Shown: positions 39,691 to 53,740 of the stretch, piece after piece
How the letters are laid out: every line of letters starts with the position of its first letter
How positions within the stretch are numbered: position 1 is the stretch's first letter
NCBI GenBank assembly: GCA_951406725.2
Contig: OX597819.1
Location: 76,818,001-76,882,000 of the forward strand
Source of the DNA: Octopus vulgaris
Lineage: Eukaryota
DNA length: 64,000 bases
Direction: 5' to 3'
Notes under the pieces: model-generated
What the model was told of the DNA's origin: nothing
The model's input: the letters and a program-made list of their open reading frames with translations, nothing else
Database searches by the model: none
Made by a program: the position numbers and the translations under genes

Positions 39691-40669
39691 TATGATCGAT
39701 TGAACTCAGCATAGTATAGTATTCCAATGACTGAAACAAATGACAGGACAAAATAGAAATAAATGCATGCAACATAGAAACTATTGGATCTACACGACAC
39801 ACGGTTTTGTATAATTATGAATGAAGCTATCGAAGCATGGCAAGAAGGCATAAATAGTTAAGCCGAGTAAAATAAACTGTCTTATGTCTCAATAAAAAGC
39901 CGTCAATTATAGATTTAGTAACAAATAGCCTAATGAATTCGGTAAATGGATCCAATTTTCAGCGTGACAAGAAATACAGAAATAAAGCCTGAGACACAGC
40001 TGAGCAATAAGTAAATATGTTGTAATTGCATGATTAGATAACTGTTTCAGAGCTTAATGCTTTTATTTTATTAAATATTGCTTTTCCAATTAATTGTATT
40101 ACATGTTGCTTCAAAATCGATAATGAATTATATGGCTATTGCATCGAGTTTTATTTGTTGTTGTTTCAGCTGATCCTGTCCACATCCTTATACGGAAATA
40201 TAAATTCATCGTCACTATTTCATGTAATCTATTAGCCATTGCTCTAATTTTGTGAGAGCAGAAGGGCTACTAAAATTCTGAAACTAATTTCTTTAATTTG
40301 TTTAAACATGTGCATTAGCCGAATTATTTGCACACACACTCGCGCGCACATACATACACATTCACACACATACAGAAAAATAGAGAACGAGAGACAAAAA
40401 GATAGACAGGAAACAAAACAGGATTATGAAAAAATTATATGATCAAAAGTTTGTTTATCCCCTGATGGTAAGAACCTTTAGTAATATTACGCATAAAAAT
40501 TACACATTTTCGAAGAATTGATAATACAATTTGGTTACATAATTTACATTATATAACTAATGACACTGATCCACAATGTTTTTTGTGTTTAGGAAATAGA
40601 CAGCATTCCTCTACAAAATCGGTCTCCTGAATCCAAATATAACCTTCTTTTTGATCTATCAAATCTATT

Positions 40670-42316
40670 TTTTAAGTTATTGAGCCCTTATAATCACGTG
40701 GACGGCTGCTATTTTTGTAACCTAAATTTGAAGGGTATTAACTGGAAAATCCAACAAACGCTTGTCTATTCTAATCTTGCCTTTGCTATTAGACGGGTTC
40801 CACACAATGAAGAGCTTCTTGTTCCTGTCTTCAATGTCTTGCCTCAGATAATCTTACATTCAACGAAAGAAGATTCATCACCTGAAGATGACACTAGATA
40901 TCAAGACTTTTCAGTTGAGACTTTGCCTCAGCTATTCTCCCAGGTAGAGCTGAATGATCAAGTTCGTGACTTGAACCTCCAAAAAAATTCAGAAGAACTG
41001 TTGGCTTCCCGACTAAAAGAGAAGAATCTTCTAGGAAATGGTGTCCGTACAACCTATTATTAGATTCGGTATGAAGAGTTCCTTTCTTTCTTCACAAAAG
41101 CGGAAGAGCTGGTTAACTGCAGAGATGTCAGTGGGATTCTTAATAAACTTGGCATTGAGGAATATAAACAAGAGGAATGGTGTTTTTTCATAGACAGCTC
41201 TAAGCGTAGCTTAAAATGCCTACCACTGCACAACGGAAACGTGTTTGGCTCTGTCTCACTCGGCCACTCATCAACTCTGAAGGGAAAATATGAAGAAATT
41301 GGGTTGGGTTTAAAGAAGATACTGTATCGTGATCATAAAAATGGTGGATTTTCTCATGGGGTAGCAATCTGATTATACCAAATACCCATGCTTTCTTCGC
41401 ACGTGGGACAGTAGAGGTCGGGTAAACAAATATTTTAAGAAAGCCTGACCGCCTCGAACAAATATGACCCCATGTTGAGCTGTCAATATATTCAAAGAAC
41501 CTTTAGTTGAGCGAAATAAGATCATTTCCCCCTTTGCACTTCAAACTCGGATTGATCAAGCAATTCGTCAAAGCTCTTGACAAAAATGAAGAGTACTTCA
41601 AGTATATCTGCAGTGTATTTCCAGAATTGATTATTGAAAGACATAAAGCAGGGATTTTGATGGACCACAGATCCGTTAGCTCTCGAAGGACACAAATTTC
41701 GTGAAAACGATAAGCGAAAATGAAGCATCAGCTTGGCTAGCGTTTGCAGAAGTAGTGCAAAATTTCCTCGGGAAACACAAAAGTGAAAACTAATAAAGAT
41801 CTTGTTACCAACTTGAAATCAACTTTCCGAGATAATGGTGCGAATATGAGCATCAAAATGCATTATCTTTTTAGTCATCTTGATTGTTTTCCTGAAAATC
41901 TCGGAGCTGTTAGCGATGAACGAGGTGAACGATTCCATCAGGATATCAAGGAGATGGAAACTCGGTACTAAGGACATTGGGGTTCTGTGATGATGGCAGA
42001 CTATTGCTGGTGTTTAAAACGAGAAACTTCCGTTGCTCAAAATTCACGGTGCACAAAGAAGCGTAAATTTATCTCTTAATTTTTCTGCCAAAAGTTTTTG
42101 CTAATACATACGCATTTTCAATTTTGAATTTTTATTTGTACTTTGTTTTGTTTTGTGTTATGCTCTCTTTATTGATTCATATTATCTGCCTCTTGTGTGA
42201 ATAAAATACTTACTCTATCAGGTTTAGTCAGAAAACTAGATCTGATAGAGAAAAACTGAAGTTATTTTTGAATTTAGCAGGCACCAAACAAAAGAAAATG
42301 TTTTTATTGCCCAGTG
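40670..42316 (+). mobile_element. Chapaev3-like (CMC) transposase pseudogene with right terminus
   Basis: CYFC...PQLFSQVELNDQVRDLNL..SEELLASRLKEKNLL; FIDSSKRSLKC..LHNGN; PPLHFKLGLIKQFVKALDK; MSIKMHYLFSHLDCFPENLGAVSDERGERFHQDIKEMETRY; MMADYCW; ends ttgcccagtg then TAA. Multiple stops and frameshifts. Confidence 0.85.
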
Positions 42317-42589
42317 TAATCATTATTTATTAATGAAATGCGAGAAGATGTAACTAAACATTTTATTTAAAAAATCTCTCCTGTTTTTGTCTTGTACTCT
42401 ATGATATTCCCATTTGTAGATTGATAGGTAGACAAATCAATCTCCAGGATCTCTCTTCACTCAAATGGGAATATGCATGAAGTGCTAAGAACTGGCCTTA
42501 TGAGCCTATGGCCTGGGAAAGAACTGATGTTTTTTTATATAAATATAAACATACATAAATATGTGTGTGTATATATATATATATATATG

Positions 42590-43044
42590 TTGCACATGAG
42601 AAAGTAAGGAGGGATGTCAGGAAGGGCATCGCTGTTACACTTCCAGAAGGGAAGGGTCTTCCTTTGATGCTTGCATGCAATGTCTGTGCAAGACCCTTCC
42701 TCAGTAAAGTTGGACTCAAGAGTCATCTTCGTAGTTATAAACGAGACAGATGAGTGACAACCTGGCCCCTGGTGGTGGTGTAACACACCATACTAATCAT
42801 ATCTGTCGGGCATGTGGAAGAGAGTGTAATTCAGCAGGAGGACTTAAACGACATGCAAAGGTACATGAAGCCCAGTTACAACTGCAGCCGGCTATTACCA
42901 GTAAAGGTTTTAGTTGCCAATTTTGTACAAGACATTGTAGATCTTTAGCTGGGCTAAAATGTCACATTCGATCACAGCGCCAATAACAGTTAAGCTTCGT
43001 GCAATGGCCATACTCGATAACGAGGGGGCAGCCATAATAATAAT

Positions 43045-43050
<6 letters not shown>
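42590..43050 (+). mobile_element. RTE/BovB-like LINE 3' end with three C2H2-like fingers
   Basis: CNVCARPFLSKVGLKSHLRS; CRACGRECNSAGGLKRHAKVH; CQFCTRHCRSLAGLKCHIRS; short UTR ggccatactcgataacgagggggcagcc and (ATA)n tail. Confidence 0.7.
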
Positions 43051-43120
<70 letters not shown>

Positions 43121-43578
43121 GTATATATACATACATACATACATACATACATACATACATACATACATACATGTATATATACATATATATATGCATGCGT
43201 GTGTATGTGTGTAACAATTTTCCTCTTTGTTGGACACAGGATCATAAAATAATTATGCCACATAGATAACAATTTTCATATATAGTGTTTAGTGCGCGAT
43301 TGCTTAATCAAATTGATATAATTAGTTTTGTACGTATTAAGTATTTCTTTCAGCGTCTTACTTGCTATTTAACTAGACTGTGTATCTTCACATATTCTAT
43401 GATTTGTATCAAATCTAATCTTTTAAGTGCAATGTTGGGAATTTACAACAATTTTATTCTCATAGATCGACTTGTCTTCTCAATGGGCTGCACTAATTAG
43501 CTCAATGGGCTGCAACTAATTTATAAAAAGTATGTTTTTGCACAGGTTGTAAAACCAAATGAGGACTACGTATATTGG

Positions 43579-43644
<66 letters not shown>

Positions 43645-45089
43645 CTAAAATATGATCTTTTCATACGTTAGTTTTTATAGAGCGGAATATGAACTCACTA
43701 AGTTCTTTGCACTTGCATAAGTTTTCTAAGCTTTTTTTTCATTTTTGTGGTTATTCAATGTATAATAAATTCCACGACTGTATTTTAGACAAGCTCTATT
43801 CTTCTGCTGTCAAGCATCGCGTTCGCCTCAAAAATAGTTTTAGTATGTTATACAAATTCGTTTGCAAGTACGTTCTAAATATGAATTGTAAGTCGGGAAA
43901 TAGTAAGGAAAATATTTTTTAGATAATTACTATTATTGTATAAGCCTATCTACTAGACGATCATAATTTCGAAAAACAAAACTGGAATGAAATTGTTTCT
44001 CTTAATTTGTTTTTTGTTTTTTTTTTGTTTTTTTTTTTTTGGGGGGGGGGGGGGTAGTAAAATTTTGTTCGCATCTTGTATCATTAAAAGGCATACACAG
44101 CCAACTGTACAAAAATAGTTTTTAAATGTTCAATATTTTCATACCTATTTATATATATTAAACAATATCAGAAATTGTTTTTAGATATTGTTTAAGAAAA
44201 TCAGAAAAATTCGTATTTGATGTTCATTTAGAGAAAAAAAATCCAGCTTAGAGAGATTTTTAATGAAAATATACAGAAAGATTTTTGCATCAGATTAAGC
44301 TATTTTAGTGAACAAATCGTTTTTGGAGAACAAAGGCATACAGATAAGAATTTTCTCATGAAAATCATATTGAATTTAATGGTGCAAAGTAAAAAAAAAA
44401 TGTTTTCGAAATTATTTGCGTTCAATAACATGTGAAATGGTACTTGCAAGGAATCTCAGGAAATTTTTTTAATGACTTTTTTTTATGGCCTCTGCATTTA
44501 GTTCCATTTTATAGGTCAACTGTAAAATGTAAAAAGAAATTTAGCTTGGGAGTTTTCTTTTGTAACCATTTCTCATGTGTGTGTGTGAGTGTATGTGTGT
44601 GTGTGTGTGTACGTGTGTGTGTAGGAGAAGAGATAAAAGAAAGGAAGAGACAAATAAAGAGAGAGAAAACGAGAGACAGAACTAGTTATACAAACGAAAG
44701 AAAAGAGTAGTCAACAAATCTGAGCACGTTTCGTGAAGTTCATATTTGTTTAGTGAAGTTTATATTTATTTACATTCTATTAACCAAAACAGCAATACTC
44801 CAAGTTCCACGGAAAAGACAAAGACACTCTTGCACCAACAATCGTATGAACGATCAGCAGTGACGTTCTCATGTTTGTCAAAAATTCAGTAATTAGATTC
44901 TGAGTCAAATTGATAAAATAATGAGCATGAATGGGGGAGGGCCTGTCTCTGTGCGCGCATGCCTGCCTGTGTGTGTATACATGTACATATGTATACACAT
45001 AAATATATGCATTTGTATACGCATGTACGCATAAATATACATATATATTTAAACATATATGCCTATATACATAAATATATATATATATA

Positions 45090-45245
45090 TAGGGAGAGTT
45101 TACGAAAAAAAACAAAAACGAAGACAGGTGGTGTACAAAACAAACAGATGTATTAGTATAACGCTCAGGAATCGAAAAAGTATTTTACGTTTCGAGCCTA
45201 CGCTCTTCTACAGAAAGGGACACAGAAAAAACAAGGAGAGAACGT
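45090..45245 (-). mobile_element. Family-A-related terminal unit with hammerhead-like motif (45183-45216)
   Basis: Minus: ttt-CTGTAGA-a-gagc-gtag-gctc-GAAA-cgta-aaa, then ttcctgagcgt as in family A; core has A6U. Confidence 0.65.
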
Positions 45246-45864
45246 GTATATACGCATAAGTATACGTGCGTGCGTGTGTATGTGTGTGTATGTGATCTGT
45301 GTGTGTATGTAAATATATACAAATATGCATGTATAACTGATAAAACCATACGAATAGATTATATTGCATTGCTACACTGAATCATTAAGAGAGTTTATTG
45401 TGACGATACATCGTATATGCAGTTGTTTAAGATATGTGACATCTATAAGATAATGCAATAATCTCTCAAATCTTCAGACCAAACCATATGCAGATCAATC
45501 GATTCGCTGTCAGATTTGCGAATCACACAATATACATGTATATATTAAAATTTCTTTTAAAAGAATTCTTGGTCGAGTTTCAAATTTTGAACATGTTTAA
45601 ATTAAAAATTACTAGTTATATATTTTTTTAATCAGCTCTAGGTCCATATGGAGAGCAGCCCAGAACCCTAAACTTAGTCGACACTGCGATAACACTCAGG
45701 ATTCCTGACCTCTTGCGTTGTGAAAAGAGGCAGGTGATATAGTACAGCTCACTCGTCTCCTCTTGCGTAAAAACTAACGTCTCAAGAGAATCTTTAACCC
45801 GCAACATAGGTTCTATAGCATTTTAAGTGTGTACGAGTGTGTATGCGTGTCTAAATATATATAT

Positions 45865-46050
45865 GTTGGCGATTTTTTTCCTCTGTCTTCCCTTCTCTGG
45901 ATCTTTCCTTCTCCTATGTTTCCGACGAAGAGCTCCGGTCGAAACGTTAAACCCTCTTTCTTTCCTTCTTTCCTGAGCGTCCAATAATACTATATTTGTT
46001 CCACGTCCTCGCGTTCTTGTGTTTTTTTTTGTGCTTTCATGTTTGGATTA

Positions 46051-46053
<3 letters not shown>
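45865..46053 (+). mobile_element. Family-A hammerhead unit copy 4 (motif 45918-45952)
   Basis: gtttccgacgaagagctccggtcgaaacgttaaac; one stem II mismatch; followed by (TA)n. Confidence 0.75.
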
Positions 46054-46098
<45 letters not shown>

Positions 46099-46118
46099 TG
46101 TGTGTGTGTAAGTAGGTA

Positions 46119-46177
<59 letters not shown>

Positions 46178-46679
46178 TGTATGCATGTATGTATGTATAT
46201 TGAGCAAACTTAACTCTATATTTATATTTTATATTTTTCACTGAGAACTATAAATCTATGTAATTTTTCCAAACAATAGTATAATCTTTTCAGTTGATTT
46301 ACCTGAAATGCGTATATGTTTCATAAAGCTTAAAATTTTAATTACGCTTTCTTTATTTTTTATTAATATTATGTATATATATATATATATATATATACTA
46401 TAAACATACTTACATACATACTTGCATATACAAACATACATACGCACGCGTGTGCCTGCATGCACACACTTACGTACACGTGCGCATACGCACGCACACA
46501 CACGTACACACACATACACACATACACAATGGCTGGGATGCTCTTGCTGCAATTTACCATTGCTCCTTCTTTCTTTTCCTTTACGGTCCTCTTTTCTCTT
46601 TCAATACATTCACTCTGCTCTCACGTCTTTCTCTTTCATTGTCTTCTCTCCTCAGCCTGCCTGAATTAGGAAACTTTAC

Positions 46680-47300
46680 TGTTTTCGTCGTCTGCTTCCT
46701 CCACATCTATGGCACCCTCTTCCCCAACCCTAATCCTAATTTTCTCATGTAACTGCTCTCACAGCATTTACCATACACTGAACCCCACTTCTAAGTTGCT
46801 CTCCAATACTTTTTTTCTTTGCTCACTCCCATTGCTACATTCATCTACTGCTCCCATCTGCCTTTTATTTTATGTCACTGTCCTCTCCTATTTCCATAGT
46901 TTCTCCATCTGGAATGCATTCTGTATATTCACATTCTACTCTTCACTCTTACTTCTGTCTTACTCTCTAGCCTCTCTTTCACTCTCTTTCTCTCAATGTT
47001 CTTATCCGCTGTTCCATCCACTCTGTCTTCTTTTCTGTCACCCTCTTCTCTGCACAGCTCCTCTATCACCTCAACACTCTCTTATCTTTGTATATCTATC
47101 CTACCCCGCCAAACAACTCACCTTTCTTACATCGATGACTCATTCTGGTTCCTCACTACCCGCATCTATTTCTCTAGTTCAATTTCTCCATCCTTCACGC
47201 CTTCCCTCCAAACTCGAGTTTATAATGTGGTATAGCTCCAGACGCCCCTATATAACCCACCTTATCACCTTCATCATTCAGTCTCTCCTTTTCTCACTCC
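46680..47300 (+). pseudogene. Very decayed Penelope-like RT remnant
   Basis: SYIDDSFWF (~47125) followed by H(P)..PSKLEF-like spacing within a CT-rich tract. Confidence 0.35.
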
Positions 47301-47439
47301 CAATATTAATTCCTTCCTTTTTCCCTGTTCCTTCTATACCTGATCCCTAATAGCGTCTATTCTGTTATTCTCACCACTACTACAGAATTCATATAAATGA
47401 AATACACTGCCTTTATTTGAATTAATTTTGAAAAATCTT

Positions 47440-47680
47440 GCTTCTCACGATATAGAAACATTTTTCATGGCTCCAGCAGACAAAGGCGTTTCCCCAGGGA
47501 ATTAGCGAGAGAGAGATGCACTGGAACAGCCATTCTGACTCATAGGCCTCGCACTTGTGGACAGCCACCTTTGCTCCGATAGTAGCGAGCAAGGATATAG
47601 CCTTGGGGCCAAGAACGCTGGAGGTCTCTACTGCCACAGGCTTGACGATAAACACATCGGAGAGCAACCGACAACTACAA
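47440..47680 (-). mobile_element. CRE-clade non-LTR retrotransposon C-terminal fragment
   Basis: PVAVETSSVLGPKAISLLATIG...EWLFQCISLSL..GNA matches the CRE-type endonuclease end (P.A.ET.G..G...L.QR.S....GNA). Confidence 0.75.
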
Positions 47681-47865
47681 ATCTGTCCCTATTGTCATAC
47701 TTTACTCTTCCACATCAACCCATCTAGAATCATTGCTCTCCCTTTCCTCTGTTTCTCCTGAGTTATAGGGGTCCCGTTAAACCCTTGGTCTTGCATATGG
47801 CAAGGTGACCTCACTGGTACCAAAGACAGAAAAATGCACTACTGCACTGGCTGGTATTACTAGAG

Positions 47866-48098
47866 GGCGGCGAGCTAGTAGAAACATTAGCACGCCGGGC
47901 GAAATGCTTAGTGGTATTTCGTCTGCGGTTACGTTCTGAGTTCAAATTCTGCCGAGGTCGACTTTGCCTTTCATCCTTTCGGGGTCGATTAAATAAGTAC
48001 CAGTTACGCACTGGGGCCGATATAATCGACTTAATCCGTTTGTCTGTCCTTGTTTGTCCTCTCTGTACTTAGTCCCTTGTGGGTAGTAAAGAAAGAGG
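47866..48098 (+). mobile_element. Full-length Nin-core SINE
   Basis: Complete head, core and tail; imperfect flanking repeat ggtattactaga / ggtaatacttga. Confidence 0.9.
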
Positions 48099-48539
48099 TA
48101 ATACTTGAAGGGTATCTAACTGTGGAAGCCATGCCATGGCTCTCCAACTTGTCCGATCTTGCGTATGTGTGTAAAAAGGATTTATTGCTGAATTTTATCT
48201 CAGAGAAAATGTTTTCTCTCTTTAAACTTACAGGCCCAAGTTGACTGAATCATTGAAGCATTGGATAAAATGCTGAGTGACTTTTCTTCTGATTCTTTAC
48301 ATTCTGAGTTCCATTCCTATAGAGGCCAACTTAGCCATTCATCCTTTTGAGGTAAATAAGGTACTTGTCTAATAGAGGGGTTGAAATAATCAACTTGACC
48401 TACCCTACAAAATTGCTGGGCATGTGCCAAAATTAACTAGTATGTGTGTGTGTGTGTGCATGTGTGTACATGTGCTTTTATATACAAATGTATACATTCG
48501 TACACACATATATACCTATATATATATGGGTGTATGTAG

Positions 48540-48557
<18 letters not shown>

Positions 48558-48617
<60 letters not shown>

Positions 48618-48766
48618 CAAATAAATGAGACAACAAAGCCAAGAACTCTGGCTGAAATACTATTAACGTAAAATAAAGCTGAACCAAGTGAACACCAAAT
48701 ATATTGTGCGTGTGTTTTTATTGGCCAAATATGCAGTGCGTGTGTTTTTACTGACCGTCCCCAAAT

Positions 48767-48838
<72 letters not shown>

Positions 48839-48872
48839 ATATATATTGTTTGGGGACTGACCGTCCCCAAAT

Positions 48873-48942
<70 letters not shown>

Positions 48943-48980
48943 ATATATATTGTTTGGGGATTGACCGTCCCCAAATACAA

Positions 48981-49048
<68 letters not shown>

Positions 49049-49211
49049 TTGTATTTGGGGACGGTCAGTAAAAACACACGCACTGCATATTTGGCCAATA
49101 AAAACACACGCACAATATATTTGGTGTTCACTTGGTTCAGCTTTATTTTATGTTAATAGTATTTCAGCCAGAGTTCTTGGCTTTGTTGTCTCATTTTATT
49201 TGGCAAACACA

Positions 49212-49260
<49 letters not shown>
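48558..49260. repeat. Nested ~700-bp palindrome
   Basis: Unique arms 48613-48773 / 49045-49207, outer (TG)n/(CA)n, inner repeated gaccgtccccaaatacaacaat(AT)nattgttgtat units. Confidence 0.95.
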
Positions 49261-49291
<31 letters not shown>

Positions 49292-49325
49292 ATCTGACAC
49301 AGAAATGCAATATCGACTTTCGTCG

Positions 49326-49383
<58 letters not shown>

Positions 49384-49389
49384 CACACA

Positions 49390-50198
49390 CTAGCAGTATA
49401 GCCCGGCGTTGCTCGGGGTTGCTTTTTATTTGCGCTTAAAACGGCAGGCTTTGATGTCGCATTAACAAAGTTTTGACATTGTTTCAATCTATGAATAAGA
49501 GTGTAGCGATGCTCGAGTTTGCTCTGAATGTGCTGCAAATGTGTAATGCCGACTTCAATTGTTGGTATTCTTGGTTAATATTCCTTGTATTAACATTATG
49601 GAGAAAAAATTAGCCGTAGATTTAAAGTAAAATGAAGCTCAAGTTTCGAATTGCACTGAAAATCTTTTAAGAAGTTAACACTGCAACAGTATTCATTAAG
49701 AAAACGTACAGGAAAATCTAAAACGTTCATAAGAACAGTTAGTGGTTACAAAAAAAAATGTTATTTTGAAGCAGGTGGGCAACATGAATCGTGGTTGCAT
49801 CTGTAAAATGAATAAAATCAACTATTTTACATCACGTATAACAAAAAAAATCTGTAAAATCAAAACATACCCATTGAAGGTTTGACTTGAACATCGTAGA
49901 TAGTAACAGCATGCAGATCGCACTTTTTCTAGTTGAAATACACCGAAAAATGGAGACACAGCAGTAAAAAAAATCGTAATAAAAATAGGGATATTCATAG
50001 AAAAAAAGCACCTTTTTGATGTAAATAACCTTTTGATCTTAACATGGTCTGATTTGAATTTTTCTTCTATGGAATGAAGAACAAGCCTTCTTCTATCATA
50101 CTGTCAATTTTTGGTCAACTTGCGTCGCAGGGTCTCGGAGGAGATAGTGTTAGTTGAAGGCTACCAAACCTGCCACACACACACACATACAACTTCAG

Positions 50199-50205
<7 letters not shown>
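49390..50205 (-). mobile_element. Non-autonomous Helitron
   Basis: Same 3' terminus as 1931 (ctagcagtat..cccggcgttgctcggg on +) but a different body; 5' end merges into (TA)n. Confidence 0.8.
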
Positions 50206-50274
<69 letters not shown>

Positions 50275-50281
50275 TTATATA

Positions 50282-51060
50282 ATCATCATCATCATCGTTG
50301 AACATCCGCTTTCTCTGCTGGCATGGGTTCGACGTTTTGGCTAAGAACGGGCAAGCCAGAAGGCTGTACCAGGCTCCAATCTGATCTGGCAAGGTTTCTA
50401 CAGCTGGATGCCCTTCCTAACACCAACCACTGCGAGAGTGTAGTGGGTGCTTTTTACGTGCTCCTGGTACGAGGGCCAGTCAGGCAGCACTAACAATGAC
50501 CACGCTCGAATGGTGCTTTTTATGCACCACCGGAACGGGAGCCAGTCAGGCGGTACTGGCATTGGCCACAACAATGATCTCACTTGACTTCTCGGGTCTT
50601 CTCAAGCACAGCATACCTCCAAAGGTTTCGGTAGCTTGTCATCGCCTCCGTGAGGCCGAATATTTGAAGGTCGTGCTTCCCCACCTCATCCCAGGTCTTC
50701 CTGGTTCTACTTCTTCCACGGGTTCCCTCTACTGCTAGGGTGTGACACTTTTTCACACAGCTGTCCTCATTCATACGCAACACATGACCATACCAGCGCA
50801 GTCGTCTCTCTTGCATACCACGTCTGACGCTTCTTATGCCCAACTTTTCTCTCAGGGTGCTTACACTCTGTTGTGTATACACACTGACATTATACATCCA
50901 GCGGAGCACACTAGCTTCATTTCTTGCAAACCTTATGCATGTCCTCAGCCGTCACAGCCCATGTTTCACTATCGCGTAGCATGGCTGTACGCACATGTGC
51001 GTCATACAATCTACCTTTCACTCTGAGCGAGAGGCCCTTTGTTACCAGTAAAGGTAATAG
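50282..51060 (-). mobile_element. RTE-clade LINE, 5'-truncated
   Basis: LSLRVKGRLYDAHVRTAML..SETW; MLRWM...LREKLGI...MQERRLRWYGHVLRM...GRSRTRKTW; 3' UTR and (GAT)n tail. Confidence 0.9.
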
Positions 51061-51426
51061 GAAAAACTTACTGTTAACAAAAGTCAGGATGCATGGCATT
51101 CAGTTAGTCAATAAATGAAAAATACATTAAATAAACAATGATAGCTAAAAAAGAAAAAAAAAAACGTACACGTCAGTCAGACACAGAAGGCCTTAATTCT
51201 TCAGTAGTTATCAACCGAATGTTAATCCTCAGTTTCATGCCTTTAATGATAATACTGAGAACTTCGCATATTGGCATCACCCGCAAAAATTTGTGGAGAA
51301 ATAGAGCTTCAAGCAAACAAAACAATACTTGTGAAGTTATTTCATGCATTTTTAATTGTTTATTGATTTAATTGTTCATTAATGGACATAAATGTATTAA
51401 ATGTTTCTTTAATGCATTTTTCATTT

Positions 51427-51490
<64 letters not shown>

Positions 51491-51618
51491 GAAAGCCAAG
51501 AGCAAAGTGGATATTTATATACACACTCACACACACGTGTGTGTGTGTTTGTGCGTGAGTAAAATATATAGATATGGATATATGTATATGTATGTATGTA
51601 TATATGTATGTATGTATG

Positions 51619-51664
<46 letters not shown>

Positions 51665-51834
51665 TACATATATATATACACACATATATATATATACACA
51701 CATATATATATATACACATATATATATATATAATATATATATATATACACATAATAATAAATATTAGGGAATAAATCCAAATTTACAGGGAAAAAATCAG
51801 ATTTAGGATTAAATCCAATTTTATAGTAAAATAT

Positions 51835-51918
51835 TATATAATATTAATTCGAGACAAAACCACTATTTTGCAAATCAAACAAGGAAAGACTTAATCAATA
51901 CATAAAAAATTTTAATAT

Positions 51919-51955
<37 letters not shown>

Positions 51956-52050
51956 CTTTATTTACTTTATATTAAATTTTTTATGTATTGATTAAGTCTT
52001 TCCTTGTTTGATTTGCAAAATAGTGGTTTTGTCTCGAATTAATATTATAT
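51835..52050. repeat. ~85-bp-arm palindrome around (ATTT)n
   Basis: atattaattcgagacaaaaccactattttgcaaatcaaacaaggaaagacttaatcaatacataaaaa and exact reverse complement. Confidence 0.95.
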
Positions 52051-52059
52051 ATATACACA

Positions 52060-52093
<34 letters not shown>

Positions 52094-52171
52094 CACACAC
52101 ACATATATATATGTATATATATATACTTATATATGTATATATATATACTTATATATGTATATATATATACT

Positions 52172-52232
<61 letters not shown>

Positions 52233-52741
52233 GTTATCTAGTGCATCCTTCCATTTTTAAGAGACACTGCTGTGACATGATTTGCCTTCTTCCTTTTGCT
52301 TTTTTCTTTCATCCTTTTCCAACAGGTCATGCAACTGCAAAGATGCTCCTTAGGTGGTTCACATAATAAGCAAGTCGATGATATTGTGTCAGTAAGCCAA
52401 TCAATAGCTACACAAAAGATACTATATAAATTTAGTTAAATTATCTGGAAGCCAACTCGTTGACTGTACAAAATGCACTCTTCTATTCAGTACAACTAGA
52501 TTTTTATGCCCTCATTCCCCCCTACTTCCTCTCCCTCCACCTTCCTCTCTCTCTCTCTCTATATATATATATATCTCTATCTCTCTCTCTGCTTTACTGT
52601 CTTTTTCTTCCCACTCTCTGTCTCTGAATTATTCACCTTCTCTTTCTGTTTCTAACTCTACCATATCTTTATTTTGCTTTATTTTGTAATCTTTCAGTAC
52701 ATCATTATATATCTGTTGATCTTCCATCCTCCCTCTTTCTT

Positions 52742-52789
<48 letters not shown>

Positions 52790-52814
52790 AAGCACACACA
52801 CACACTCACACAAG

Positions 52815-52845
<31 letters not shown>

Positions 52846-53034
52846 AAGCACACACACACACACACACTCACACAAGCACACAGACACACACACACACTCA
52901 CTCACACACCTTTATTGTAATGTGAAAAAGTGTATGTTCTACTCTTCTGTTATAGCCATTCCTGACTTTACACTCACAGTAGTTGTGACAATATCAGAAA
53001 GGCTTTAAATGGTTCCAAAATCTATGAACATCCA

Positions 53035-53740
53035 GTAGTGGCTTCGTGGTAAAAGTTTTGCTACTCAACCACACCTTCTAAAGTTCAGTCCCACTTCATG
53101 GCACCTTGGGCAAGCCTTCTATTACAACCCTTGGCTGACCAGTGTCCTGTGGATTTGGTAGATGAAAACTAAAAATTGTTTGTCATATATACATGCATAC
53201 ATATACACACATGCATACACACATGCACACACACAAACACATACATACATGCACACACACACACAAATACACACAAATTCCTGGCTTTTCAATATCACAA
53301 AAGGCCTGAATGGAGGCCCAAACTTCCGAGTTCTTTTACAGGGCTTAGAAATGCTGAAGAACTCCTACAATTACTACAATAAGTGTAGGAATCTGTGTGG
53401 AGAATATGTTGACTAAAATCATAATTAACTGATCCTCTTGTATTTTCATTTGCCCAAAGCCAGGAACTTTTCACCACCCCCTTGCATATATAGACATATA
53501 CATATATGCATGTATATACCTATGTGTGTGTCTTTGTGTTTGTATTTGTTCCACACCACTACTTGATAACCAGTGAAGGTTTGTTGACATCCTTGTAACA
53601 TTTGCAGTTCAGCAAAAGAGACCAACAGGATAAGTACCAGGTTGAAAAAAGCACTGAGGTTGATATGTTTGACTAAAACCCTTCAAGGCTGTGTCCCAGC
53701 ATGGCTGCAGTCCAATGATTGAAACAAGTAAAAATAAAAT
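53035..53740 (+). mobile_element. Degenerate CORE-like SINE interrupted by a ~200-bp insert
   Basis: ggcaccttgggcaag (53101) ... gtcccagcatggctgcagtccaatgattgaaacaag (53695). Confidence 0.7.

Noticed and set aside
46709-47350. 213-aa hydrophobic ORF as a membrane protein
   Set aside because: Product of CT-rich low complexity; overlaps a probable decayed RT remnant.
48751-49070. Repeat-spacer look of gaccgtccccaaatacaac units
   Set aside because: Spacers are (AT)n; this is a fold-back structure, not CRISPR.
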